Assembly: GCF_963921235.1 (NCBI RefSeq)
Contig: NC_086108.1
Span: 63,304,001-63,368,000 of the forward strand
Reading direction: 5' to 3'
Length of the DNA stretch: 64,000 nt
Origin: Mobula hypostoma
Taxonomy: Eukaryota
Made by a program: the position numbers and the translations under genes. This document shows, in pieces, positions 13,101 to 25,100 of this stretch. Each line of letters opens with the position of its first letter. The first letter of the stretch is position 1. Under the pieces are notes generated by a model. It saw nothing but the letters and a program-made list of their open reading frames with translations. It did no database searches and had not been told where the DNA came from.

Positions 13101-16100
13101 ATGACATAGCAAGGAAGAGTGAGGAGGTCCTGGAGAGTGCGTATAGAGAGCTTGGTAGGAAGTTGAAAAGCAGGACCTCGAGGGTGGTAATCTCAGGATT
13201 GCTACCTGTGCTACGTGCCAGTGAGGGTAAGAATGGGATGCTCTGGAGGATGAACAAGTGGCTGAGGAACTGGTGTAGGGGGCAGGGTTTCCGATTTCAG
13301 GATCATTGGGACCTCTTCTGGGGCAGGTGGGACCTGTACAAGAGAGACGGGTTACACTGGAACTACAAGGGGACCAATATCCTTTCAGGGAGGTTTGTTG
13401 GTGCTATTGAGGAGGCTTTAAACTAGATTTGCAGGGCGATGGGAATCAGGGTGCCGGAGCTGACAGTGTGGCTGGGTTGAAAATAAATGATGTTAAAAGT
13501 TCAAGCAAAGCCGCTAATAGAAAGGTTGTGAGTGGTGGTAAAAATCTTCTGAGGTGTATATATTTCAATGCTAGGAGTATTGTGGGAAAGGCAGAAGAGT
13601 TGAGAGTGTGGATTGACACATGGATTTATGACGTTATAGCAATTAGTGAAACTTGGCTACAGGAGGGGCAGGACTGGCAGCTTAATATTCCAGGGTTCTT
13701 ATGTTTCAGATGTGATAGAGGCAGAGGAATGAAAGGTGGGGGGGGGGGTAGGGTGGCATTGCTTGTCAGGGAAAATATTACAGCAGTGCTCAGGCAGGAC
13801 AGATTAGAGGGCTTGTCTACTGAGTCCTTATGGGTGGAGCTGAGAAACAGGAAAGGTATGACCACATTAGTGGGGTTGTATTATAGACCACCCAATAGTC
13901 AGCGAGAATTGGAGGAGCAAATCTGCAGAGAGATAGTAGGCAACAGCAGGAAACATAAAGTTGTGGTGGTAGGGGATTTTAATTTCCCACATATTGATTG
14001 GGACTCCCATACTGTTAGGGGTCTAGATTGTTTAGAATTTGTAAAATGTGTTCAGGAAAGTTTTCTAAATCAATGTATAGAGGTACCAACTATTGGATCT
14101 CCTGTTAGGAAACGAGTTAGGACAAGCGACGGAAGTGTGTGTAAGGGAGTACCTTGGTTCCAGTGATCATAACACCATTAGTTTCAACTCGATCACGGAC
14201 AAGGATAGATCTGGTCTTAGGGTTGAGGTTCTGAACTGGAAGAAGGCCAAATTTGAAGAAATGAGAAAGGATCTAAAAAGCATGGATTGGGACAGGTTGT
14301 TCTCTGGCAAGAATGTGATTGGTAAGTGGGAAGCCTTCAAAGGAGAAATTTTGAGAGTGCAAAGCTTGTATGTTCCTGTCAGGATTAAAGGCAAAGTGAA
14401 TGGGAATAAGGAACCTTGGTTCTCAAGGGATATTGCAACTCTGATAAAGAAGAAGAGAGTTGTATGACATATATATGAAACAAGGAGTAAATAAGGTGCT
14501 TGAGGAGTATAAAAAGTGCAAGAAAATACTTGAGAAGGAAATCAGGAGGGCTAAAAGAAGACATGAGGTTGCCTTGGCAGTCAAAGTGAAGGATAATCCA
14601 AAGAGCTTTTACAGGTATATTAAGAGTAAAAGGATGGTAAGGGATAAAATTGGTCCTCTTGAAGATCAGAGTGGTCGGCTCTGTGTGGAACCAAAAGAAA
14701 TGGGGGAGATCTTAAATGGGTTTTTTGCGTCTGTATTTACTAAGGAAACTGTCATGAAGTCTATGGAATTAAGGGAAACAAGTAGTGAGATCATGGAAAC
14801 TGTAAAATTGAAAAGGAGGAGGTGCTTGCTATCTTGAGGCAAATTAAAGTGGATAAATCCCCAGCACCTGACGGGGTATTCCCTCGTACATTGAAGCAGA
14901 CTAGTGTTGAAATTGCAGGGGCCCTGGCAGATATATTTAAAATGTCGGTGTCTACGGGTCAAGTGCCGGAGGATTGGAGAATGGCTCATGTTGTTCCATT
15001 GTTTAAAAAAGGATCAAAAGTTAGCCGGGAAATTATAGGCCGGTAAGTTTGACGTCGTAGTAGGTAAGTTATTGGAGGGAGTACTAAGAGACAGAATCTA
15101 CAAGCATTTGGATAGACTGGGACTTATTAGGGAGAGTCAATATGGCTTTGTGCGTGGTAGGTCATGTTTGGCCAATCTACTGGAGTTTCTGGAGGAGGTT
15201 ACCAGGAAAGTGGATGAAGGGGAAGGCAGTGGCTGTTGTCTACATGGACTTCAGTAAAGCCTTTGACAAGGTTCCACATGGGAGGTTAGTTAGGAAAATT
15301 CAATCACTAGGTATACATGGAGAGGTGGTAAATTGGATTAGACGTTGGCTCAATGGAAGAAGCCAAAGAGTGGTAGTAGAGAATTGCTTCTCAGAGTGGA
15401 GGCCTGTGACTAGTGGTGTGCCACAGGGATCAGTGCTGGGTCCATTGTTATTTGTCATCTATATCAATGATCTGGATGATAATGTGGTAAATTGGATCAG
15501 CAAATTTGCTGATGATGCAAAGATTGGAGGTGTAGTGGACAGTGAGAAAGGTGTTCAAAGCTTCCAGAGTGACTTGGACCAGCTGGAAAAATGCGCTGAA
15601 AAATGGCAGATGGAGTCTAATACAGACAAGTGTGAGGTACTGCACTTTGGAAGGACAAACCAAGGTAGGTCATACAGGGTAAATGGTAAGGCACTGAGGA
15701 GTGCAGTAGAACAGAGGGATCTGGGAATACAGATACAAAATTCCCTAAAAGTGGTGTCACAGGTAGATAGAGTCGTAAAGAGAGCTTTTGATACACTGGC
15801 CTTTATTAATCAAAGTATTGAGTGTAAGAGTTGGAATGTTATGATTTTTTTTTGTATAAGGCATTGCTGAGGTCAAATCTGGAGTATTGTGTTCAGTTTT
15901 GGTCACCAAATTACAGGAAGGATATAAATAAGATTGAAAGAGTGCAGAGAAGGTTTACAAGGATGTTGCCGGGACTTGAGAAACTCACAGAGAAAGGTTG
16001 AATAGGTTAGGAATTTATTCCCTGGAGCGTAGAAGAATGAGGGGAGATTTGATAGAGGTATATAAAATTATGATGGGTATAGATAAAATTAATGCAAACA

Positions 16101-19100
16101 GGCTTTTTCCACTGAGGCAAGGGGAGAGAAAAAACAGAGGACATGGGTTAAGGGTGAGGGGGGAAAAGTTTAAAGGAAATATTAGTGGGGGCTTCTTCAC
16201 ACAAAGAGTGGTGGGAGTGTGGAATGAGCTACCGGACGAGGTGGTAAATGTAGGTTCTTTTTTAACATTTAAGAATAAATTGGACAGATATATGGATGGG
16301 AGGTGTATGGAGGGATATGGTCTGTGTGCAGGTCAGTGGGACTAGGCAGAGAATGGTTTGGCACAGCCAAGAAGGGCCAAAAGGCCTGATTCTGTGCTGT
16401 AGTTTTTTATGGTTTCTATGGCTTCTCTAGCCATCTAACCAATATAACAATTACAGCACGGAAACAGGCCATCTCGGCCCTTCTAGCCCGTGCCGAACTC
16501 TTACTCTCACCTAGTCCCACCGACCTGCACTCAGCCCATAACCCTCCATTCCTTTCCTGTCCATATAGCTGTCCAGTTTAACTTTAAACGACAACATCGA
16601 ACCTGCCTCAACCACTTCTGCTGGAAGCTCGTTCCACAGAGCCACCACTCTCTAAGTAAAGAAGTTCCCCCTCATGTTACCCCTAAACTTTTGCCCTTCA
16701 GCTCTCAACTCACGTCCTCTTGTTTGAATCTCCCCCACTCTCAATGGAAAAAGCCTATCCATGTCAACTCTATCTATCCTCCTCATAATTTTAAATACCT
16801 CTATCAAGTCCCCCCTCAACCTTCTACGTTCCAAAGAATAAAGACCCAACTTGTTCAACCTTTCTCTGTAACTTAGGTGATGAAACCCAGGTAACATTCT
16901 AGTAAACCTTCTCTGTACTCTCTCTATTTTGTTGACATCTTTCTTATAATTTGCTGACCAAAACTGTACACAATACTCCAAATTTGGCCACACCAATGCC
17001 TTGTACAATTTCAACATTACATCCCAACTCCTATACTCAATGCTCTGATTTATAAAGGCCAGCATACCAAAAGCTTTCTTCACCACCCTATCCACATGAG
17101 ATTCCACCTTCAGGGAACTATGCACTATTATTCCTAGATCCTAGATTGTGTCATTACTCTTATTACATGCCTTTTCCAGCTCCCTTTGCGATCTTAACCC
17201 CACATCTTGGCTGCTGTTTGGAGGCCTATATATGATTCCCAAAATGGTTTCTTTTACCCTTGTAATTTCTTCACTGCACCCAAAAAAATTCATCATTCTT
17301 TGACCCTATGTCACCTCTTTCTAAAGATATAATTCCATCTCTTGCCCACAGAGCTAGAGCAATACCTATGCCTTCCTGCTGGTCCTTTCATTACAAACAT
17401 ATCCTTTGATGTTAAGCGCTCAACTATCGCCTTCTTTCAGCCACGACTCAGTGATGCCCACAATGTAACACCGACCAATCTCTAATTGTGCCACAAGTTT
17501 ATTCACCTTATTTCGAATGCTACATGCATTTAAATACAGCACCTTCAGTCCTGCATTCTTCACCCTTTTGAATTTTGCCTCTGTGGTACAATTTAACTCT
17601 TTGCTCTGTCTGCATTTGTACCCAATCATTTGTTTGTCCTTTCTTACATTCATGTTACACCTATCATCTACTTGTAAACCTGCTGGATCATCCTGAGCTC
17701 TATCATACTGGTTTCCATCCCCCTGCCATATTAGTTTAAACCATTCCCAACAGCAGGGGTAAATCTGCCTACAAGAATTTGGTCCCCATCGGATTCATAT
17801 GCAACTGTCCCTTTTGTACAGGTCCCACCTGCCCCAGAAAAGGTCCCAATTAACCAGCATTCTGAATCCTGCTCCCTGCTCCAATTTTTCAGCCACACAT
17901 TTATCTACCACCTCATTCTATTCTTATGCTGTTGAGTGGCACCGGCAGCAATCTGAAGATTACCACCTTTGAGGTCCTGCTTCTCAGCTTCCTTCCTAAC
18001 TCCCTGTATTCTTTTTTCAGTACCTCCTCCCTTTTTGTTCCTGTGTTGTTGGTACCAATATGTTTCATGACTTCTGGCTGCTCAGAGCACGTCCAGAAAT
18101 ATCTTGGACCCTGGCACCTGGGAGGCAAACTACTATCCATGTTTCCTTTTTGTGTCCAAAGAATTGTCTCTGTCCCCCTGACTATAGAGTCCCCTATTAC
18201 AGCTGCCGTCCTTTTCATTTCGCTACCCTTCGCAGTCACAGAACCAGACTCGGTGCTAGAGGCACGGCCGCTGTTTCTTCCCCCAAGTAGGTCATCTCCC
18301 CAAACAGTACTCAAAATAGAGTAATTATTATTGAGGGGGACGACCACAGGGGTGCTCTCCACTATCTGACGTTTCCCATTCACTATCCTGACAGTCGCAC
18401 ATTTATTTGTCTCCTGTAGCCTGGGGTGACTAGCTCCTGTCTATCACTGCTTCACTTTCCCTAACAAGCGGAAGGTCATCGAGCTGTAGCTCCAGTTCTC
18501 TAACACTGTCTCTAAGGAGCTATATCTCAATGCATCTGGCACAGATGTGGCCATTGAGGAGGCTGGGAATCTTCTGTAAATCCCACATCTGACACTCGGA
18601 ACAGAACACTGGCTCTGTAGACATACCCGCTATTCTGTCAAGATTTAAGTAAGAAATAAGGAATGAACTTACCTACTTATTTTGCCTCTGCCTGTTCTTG
18701 CCGAAGCCTTGTTGAGCTAAAGCCTTACTACTCTGCCTCAGACTATTCCAATGACAACTGCTCCCATCATGACAGCTCCGCTAGGCGGTACCTCTTTTAT
18801 AGAGACTGTGTTTCCCATGGAAAATCTTCGTCAGACCTGCACGCGAATGCTCCTGTTGCATCCGTGTTGTAGTTCAATCAACCACTTCTGTCAAAAAGCT
18901 TGCTGCTTTTTCAGGCTGTTTGTCAGACCTGCGCAGGAACACTCCGGTTGTGTCTGCGCAGTACTCCAGTCAATTACTTTGACATTCAGTGGCTTTACCA
19001 TCACTGAATCCTCCTCTCTCAATATTCTGGGTGGAATTTGGTGGGGGTGGTGGGTGATTGATCACCACTGAACTTCAAAGAGGCACTACCACCTTTACAA

Positions 19101-22100
19101 AGACAATCTGAGAAGACAGACTTGCTGGGAGCTGTGGCACTCTATACTTTTACCACCAGATGGAGCTCCAATTACTCCCAGTGCTGCAGATGATTGTTCC
19201 CACAGCAGCTCAGTTCTACTAACTTCACCAGCCTTGCTGACCTTATGCTTAATTACCAGCAAGCTTAGAGCATCACTTCCCCACATTCTGTATTCATTGC
19301 ATCATCAGATCAACACATTAGCTCATGGTGCATCATATTCATTGCATCATCAGATCATAGTGCATCAAATTTTCTCCTTAAACAATAAGCAAATACCATG
19401 AACATTTTACATCAAATCTTTCCTTGCCATTCCAAAGGCAATTTAGCTTCTCTTATTTACAGCATCCATTTAAAGAGTTTGGTTGAACTTTCTGTTCTCT
19501 TTTAAAACTTTTCACTGACTTTTCAACTTGCTTGTCATTTTATGCACATATGCTCTTGCATTCTTAAAATTTGTAATAGTTTACTGGGAAAGGAACTTCA
19601 TAAACTAAAGAGCTTGCACTCATAACAACAGTCTGACAGTCTATTGGTAACGTTTTGGGAGATCCATTATTTGGTATATCTCCATTCTAAATCACAGAAA
19701 GAAAGCGGCTTAAAGTATGAATGAATTTTAAATAAAAGCTTTGATCCTCAGCAGTGACTGCTTTGCCAATTCAAAATATGTTAACGGTACATTATATTAA
19801 TTTTGGTTCATTTTTATTTAGCATAAATTTATATATATTTACAGTTATTTCCTTAAATATTTATTTCTGTTAGAATATCCTTTTTATTTGACATAAAATG
19901 CCTTTGGTCTTTTATTGATTACCTTTAATGCATAGCTTGCCTCCTAGCAGAATCAGTGTTTCCTTTATTCTTCTCATTACTATTATTTACTCAATTACTT
20001 TCTTATTTTCCCATGACATTTTCTTTCAGTTTTGATAATTTTGGAAATCAGGTAAGATGATATATTAAAACCAGAGGTCAGCAAAGTGTATGCTTTATAC
20101 TATTTTGCTTTTGATAAACTTTTGTGGTCATCTTGTGTATACATAATTGTTACTTAATGATATAATTAAAATTGTCCAAAAATTACATTATTTAGATATG
20201 TAAAGATAGTAGGTGGGATGTCCTTTCCTTAGTAATTTCTCCTCTCATTTCCCGTAAAGAGCTATTAGTGTTTGCCCTGATGGAGTCCCCTCGGTTGCGA
20301 ACTTAGCACGTGATGGAGTTGTGGCAGTGTGGAAGTGCAAATGGAACATATTATGTTTCACATTGTATTGCTAGGTATACCTGTTGCTTAGATTTTAACC
20401 CTAATCCAAAGCAGGAAATTGGATGTGCAAAGGGACTTGGAAGTCTACTGCAGGGTTCCCTAAAGCACGAGTGTTCTTTTTCTTTTGCAGGGGGCAGATC
20501 AATCTGCCCATCTGACCCAACAGGTGATTGTCAAGTACTCCAGTAGCAACTTGCTTTAAGTCAGCATATTGGGAGGCACTAACTCAAGGTATCCTGACGG
20601 TCTTTAATAGTTTGTCAGCTGTCAAAGGCTTCTCAAGAAGTTTTAAACCCATCTGCTTATCACTGTTTGCACTCAGTGTTCCCTACAGTGACAGTGTGAG
20701 CATTGAAGTAAATGAGGCTCCAGTTATACACTCTCTCTTGTGTGGAACTAAGAACTGGATGTAAAGAACACCCGAGCACTCCTTCGCGAGTTGTTCGGGT
20801 GAACTTCATTTCAAAGGTTGGTTGTGACATAGATCAAGGTCAATAGGTTCTTGGAAATAATTTTACAGAGCTGTTTTTGTTGTGAATCTCTCCAGGCTTG
20901 AAGCAGCAAAAGATGACTATCGTATTCATTGTGAAGAGCTTGAGAGACAACTGATTGAAGTACAGCACAGAAATGATGAATTAAACAGTTTGGCAGAGGA
21001 AAATCTCGCACTTAAAGATGAAATTGATGTTCTGAGGTAATAAAAAGATCTCCTGACAAAGAGTCTCCACCCGAAATGTTGACTGTACCTCTTCCTATAG
21101 ATGCTGCCTGGCCTGCTGCGTTCACCAGCAATTTTTATGTGTGTTGCTCCACCTACATTGTGTTAACTAACAGCACAAAATATTGGAGCAGAAGTAGAAA
21201 AACATAGAAAACCTACAGCACAATACAGGCCCTTCAGCCCACAAAGTTGTGCCGAGCATGTCCTTACCTTAGAAATTACTAGGCTTACCCATAGCCCTCT
21301 ATTTTTCTAAGCTCCATGTACCTATCCAAAAGTCTCTTAAAAGATCCTATCGTATCCACCTCCACCACCGTTACCGCCAGCCCGTTCCACGCACAAGTAG
21401 CCAAATAGTCCATTGAGTTTGCTTGGTTGAGTATGGCTAATCTGATCTTGGCTTCAAAAGTTCAAAGGTTCAATTTAGTGTCAGAGAAATGTATACAATA
21501 TACATCCTGAAATGCTTTTTCTTTGCAAAACATCCACGAAAACAGAGAAGTGCCCCAAAGAATGAACGACAGTTAAACGTGAGAACCCCAAAGGCCCCCC
21601 CACCAAGCTCCCCCCCCATGCGTAAGCAGCGGCGAGCAACAACCCCCTTCCCACTGGTAGAACAAAAAGCGCACCCGCTACCGAGCACAAGCGTGAGCTA
21701 AGTGATAGCAAAGACACAGACCTTGCAGTTTACCCCAAGGACTATAGCAATTCATCTGGCATTCGGCTACCCACAGATACTCTCTCTACCTCATAAGAGA
21801 GAGAGAGGTGTCCCCCATTTTCACAGTGAGCAGGAGACATAACAACAACCGGCTGGTTTATGATGTTAAAAAGTCCATTTCGTCGCTTTTTTCCGAGCTC
21901 TGTGCCCAAAGATCACAAAGATCTCAAGTCTTCAAGCCTCCAGCGAAAGATTTTCTGGCCTCCCTGACGACACACGAGTCTCCTGCCATGACTCTGACCC
22001 TCGATCCGCCCATCTCCAGAGCCCCAAGATCTTAGGCTTCCAGACACTACGCCACCTGTCAGGCCAACCCCTTGGCATGCTGAACATCAGCTGGTCCTGA

Positions 22101-25100
22101 AACCCTGAGAACGAGTCCCATTCCCGCAAAGAACCGAAGTGAGCGTGTAACTCCAGGTCAGGGTCTTCAAAAGAACCCTGAAAGGGAAAAATAAACATAT
22201 TAAAGATGGAAATAGAACTGTTTCCGAAGATGCAAGCAAAGGAGTCGCCGTTTAGCGCCATCATTACTCCGTCTCCATCTTCATTTACACTTTTTCCTTG
22301 CTCCTGATTGCCCTTGATGACACTATACATCAAAGATCTTATGAATATTTTTAATGACTCTGCCTCCATAGTTCACTGGAGGAGAGAATTCTTGAGATTC
22401 ATAATCCAAGAAAATTCTTGAGAACTTCCTCCTCATCTTTATCTTAAATGGGCAGCCCCTTAACCTACAGCAAGACTATCCCCTAATTTTAGATCCCTTT
22501 TAATGTGTATTGTCCGAATATTATTAAACTAAACAACAGCAACAATTCTGACCAGGAATTGTTTCATAATCTGTGTCATCAAAGAGTTTTTTATATTCGA
22601 AATAAGAGGATAGATAAATCATTCAACTGTATTCTGCCTCTTTCATAGGAGACCGACACAGAATGCAAGACCACCTACAATAATTGGCTTCAATTTTGGA
22701 TGCAAAAGCAGGAACACACAAAAAAAAACTGCTGGAAAATGTATAAGCACCAGCAAGTTCACTGTTCCTCTGCAGTTTTCTGACTATATGCTCCTATGTC
22801 GGACTGTGCATGTAATCTAATCGTGAAGTGCGAGATGGTGTTCAGAATTTGAAATCCATCAGTCACTCTGCACCAAGTGCAGGAACAGTTTTTCCTCTGT
22901 CTTAGAGTAGAACAGCTGTGAGAAACCAAACAAAGCTAAGATAATATATACCTTTTAATTATTTTGGTCAGTTTATTTTTACATATGAATTGCTTCTCAT
23001 TTTAACAGTTTGAATGTGATTTGATGGTTTATATTTTGAATGCTTTTGCTTGTGAAATATTCACAGTGCTCCAACAGGGGTAAGTTGAGTCACAGCTAAA
23101 CTGTAGTTTGAGTTTTTTCTGCATTTTTATTGGTGGGGCATGTTCTCCAACTCCTTACCCTCTCCTACCTCCTTTACAGGATTTGCATGGTGGAAGCTCT
23201 GTCACAGCAAAGAGCCTGGCCCCCAATGAGTGTGGAGCCTGCTTCTGTCCAAGGTTGAACTGTGCTGATTTTGATCAGTGGTCTGCCTTGCATAGAACAT
23301 AGAACACAGGTGCAGGAGTAGGCCATTCGGCCCTTCGAGCCTGCACCGCCATTCAGTATGATCATGGCTGATCATCCAATTCAGAACCCCGCCCCAGCCT
23401 TCCCTCCATACCCCCTGATCCCTTTAGCCACAAGGGCCAGATCTAACTCCTTCTTAAATATAGCCAATGAACTGGCCTCAACTGTTTCCTGTGGCAGAGA
23501 ATTCCACAGATTCACCACTCTCTGTGTGAAGAAGTTTTTCCTAATCTCGGTCCTAAAAGGCTTCCCCTTTATCCTCAAACTGTGACCCCTCGTTCTGGAC
23601 TTCCCCAACATCGGGAACAATCTTCCTGCATCTAGCCTGTCCAATCCCTTTAGGGTTTTATACGTTTCAATCAGATCCCCCCTCAATCTTCTAAATTCCA
23701 ACGAGTATAAGCGCAGTTCATCCAGTCTTTCATCATATGAAAGTCCTGCCATCCCGGGAATCTGGTGAACCTTATTTGTACTCCCTCTATCGCAAGAATG
23801 TCTTTCCTCAGATTAGGGGACCAAAACTGCACACAATACTCCAGGTGTGGTCTCACCAAGGCCTTGTACCACTGCAGTAGTACCTCCCTGCTCCTGTACT
23901 CGAATCCTCTCGCTATAAATGCCAGCATACCATTCGCCTTTTTCACCGCCTGCTGTACCTGCATGCCCACTTTCAATGACTAGTGTATAATGACACCCAG
24001 GTCTCGTTGCACCTCCCCTTTTCCTAATCGGCCACCATTCAGATAATAATCTGTTTCCCTGTTTTTGCCACCAAAGTGGATAACCTCACATTTATCCACA
24101 TTAAATTGCATCTGCCATGAATTTGCCCACTCACCTAACCTATCCAAGTCACCCTGCATCCTCTTAGCATCCTCCTCACAGCTAACACTGCCGCCCAGCT
24201 TCGTGTCATCCGCAAACTTGGAGATGCTGCATTTAATTCCCTCATCCAAGTCATTAATATATATTGTAAACAACTGGGGTCCCAGCACTGAGCCTTGCAG
24301 TACCCCACTAGTCACTGCCTGCCATTCTGAAAAGGTCCCGTTTATTCCCACTCTTTGCTTCCTGTCTGCCAACCAATTCTCTGTCCACATCAGTACCTTA
24401 CCCCCAATACCATGTGCTTTAAGTTTGCACACTAATCTCCTGTGTGGGACCTTGTCAAAAGCCTTTTGAAAATCCAAATATACCACATCCACTGGTCCTC
24501 CCCTATCCACTCTACTAGTTACATCCTCAAAAAATTCTATGAGATTCGTCAGACATGATTTTCCTTTCACAAATCCATGCTGACTTTGTCCGATGATTTC
24601 ACCGCTTTCCCAATGTGCTGTTATCACATCCTTGATAACTGACTCCAGCAGTTTCCCCACCACCGACGTTAGGCTAACCAGCCTATAATTCCCCGGTTTC
24701 TCTCTCCCTCCTTTTTTAAAAAGTGGGGTTACATTAGCCACCCTCCAATCCTCAGGAACTAGTCCAGAATCTAACGAGTTTTGAAAAATTATCACTAATG
24801 CATCCACTATATCTTGGGCTACTTCCTTAAGCACTCTGGGATGCAGACCATCTGGCCCTGGGGATTTATCTGCCTTCAATCCCTTCAATTTACCTAACAC
24901 CACTTCCCTACTAATATGTCTTTCCCTCAGTTCCTCCATCTCACTGGACCCTCTGTCCCCTACTATTTCCGGAAGATTATTTATGTCCTCCTTAGGGAAG
25001 ACAGAACCAAAGTAATTATTCAATTGGTCTAATGCATACTGTGCAATTGAATCTTCAGAGCTATATAATGTGTTTTAATACTGTTCAGAAACTGGGAAAA

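Larger units (their letters stand above)
10020..18960 (-). mobile_element. Near full-length CR1 (host), in two pieces 10020-12258 and 17145-~18960
   Basis: ORF2 RT/EN fragments 10405-12257; the EN reading ..KSNDT|IVMGDFN rejoins across the insert with a shared ATT; ORF1 esterase fragment (GDSIVRG, GTNN) at 17913..18383; 5' UTR beyond. Confidence 0.88.

Noticed and set aside
18800..18836. CTGACGA...GAAAC on the minus strand of the CR1 5' region as another hammerhead
   Set aside because: No plausible stem II or stem I pairing; more likely a TGACG promoter motif.
19291..19357. 22-bp direct repeat with a 23-nt spacer (CRISPR-like look)
   Set aside because: Only two units in a vertebrate intron with no cas genes; a local duplication.
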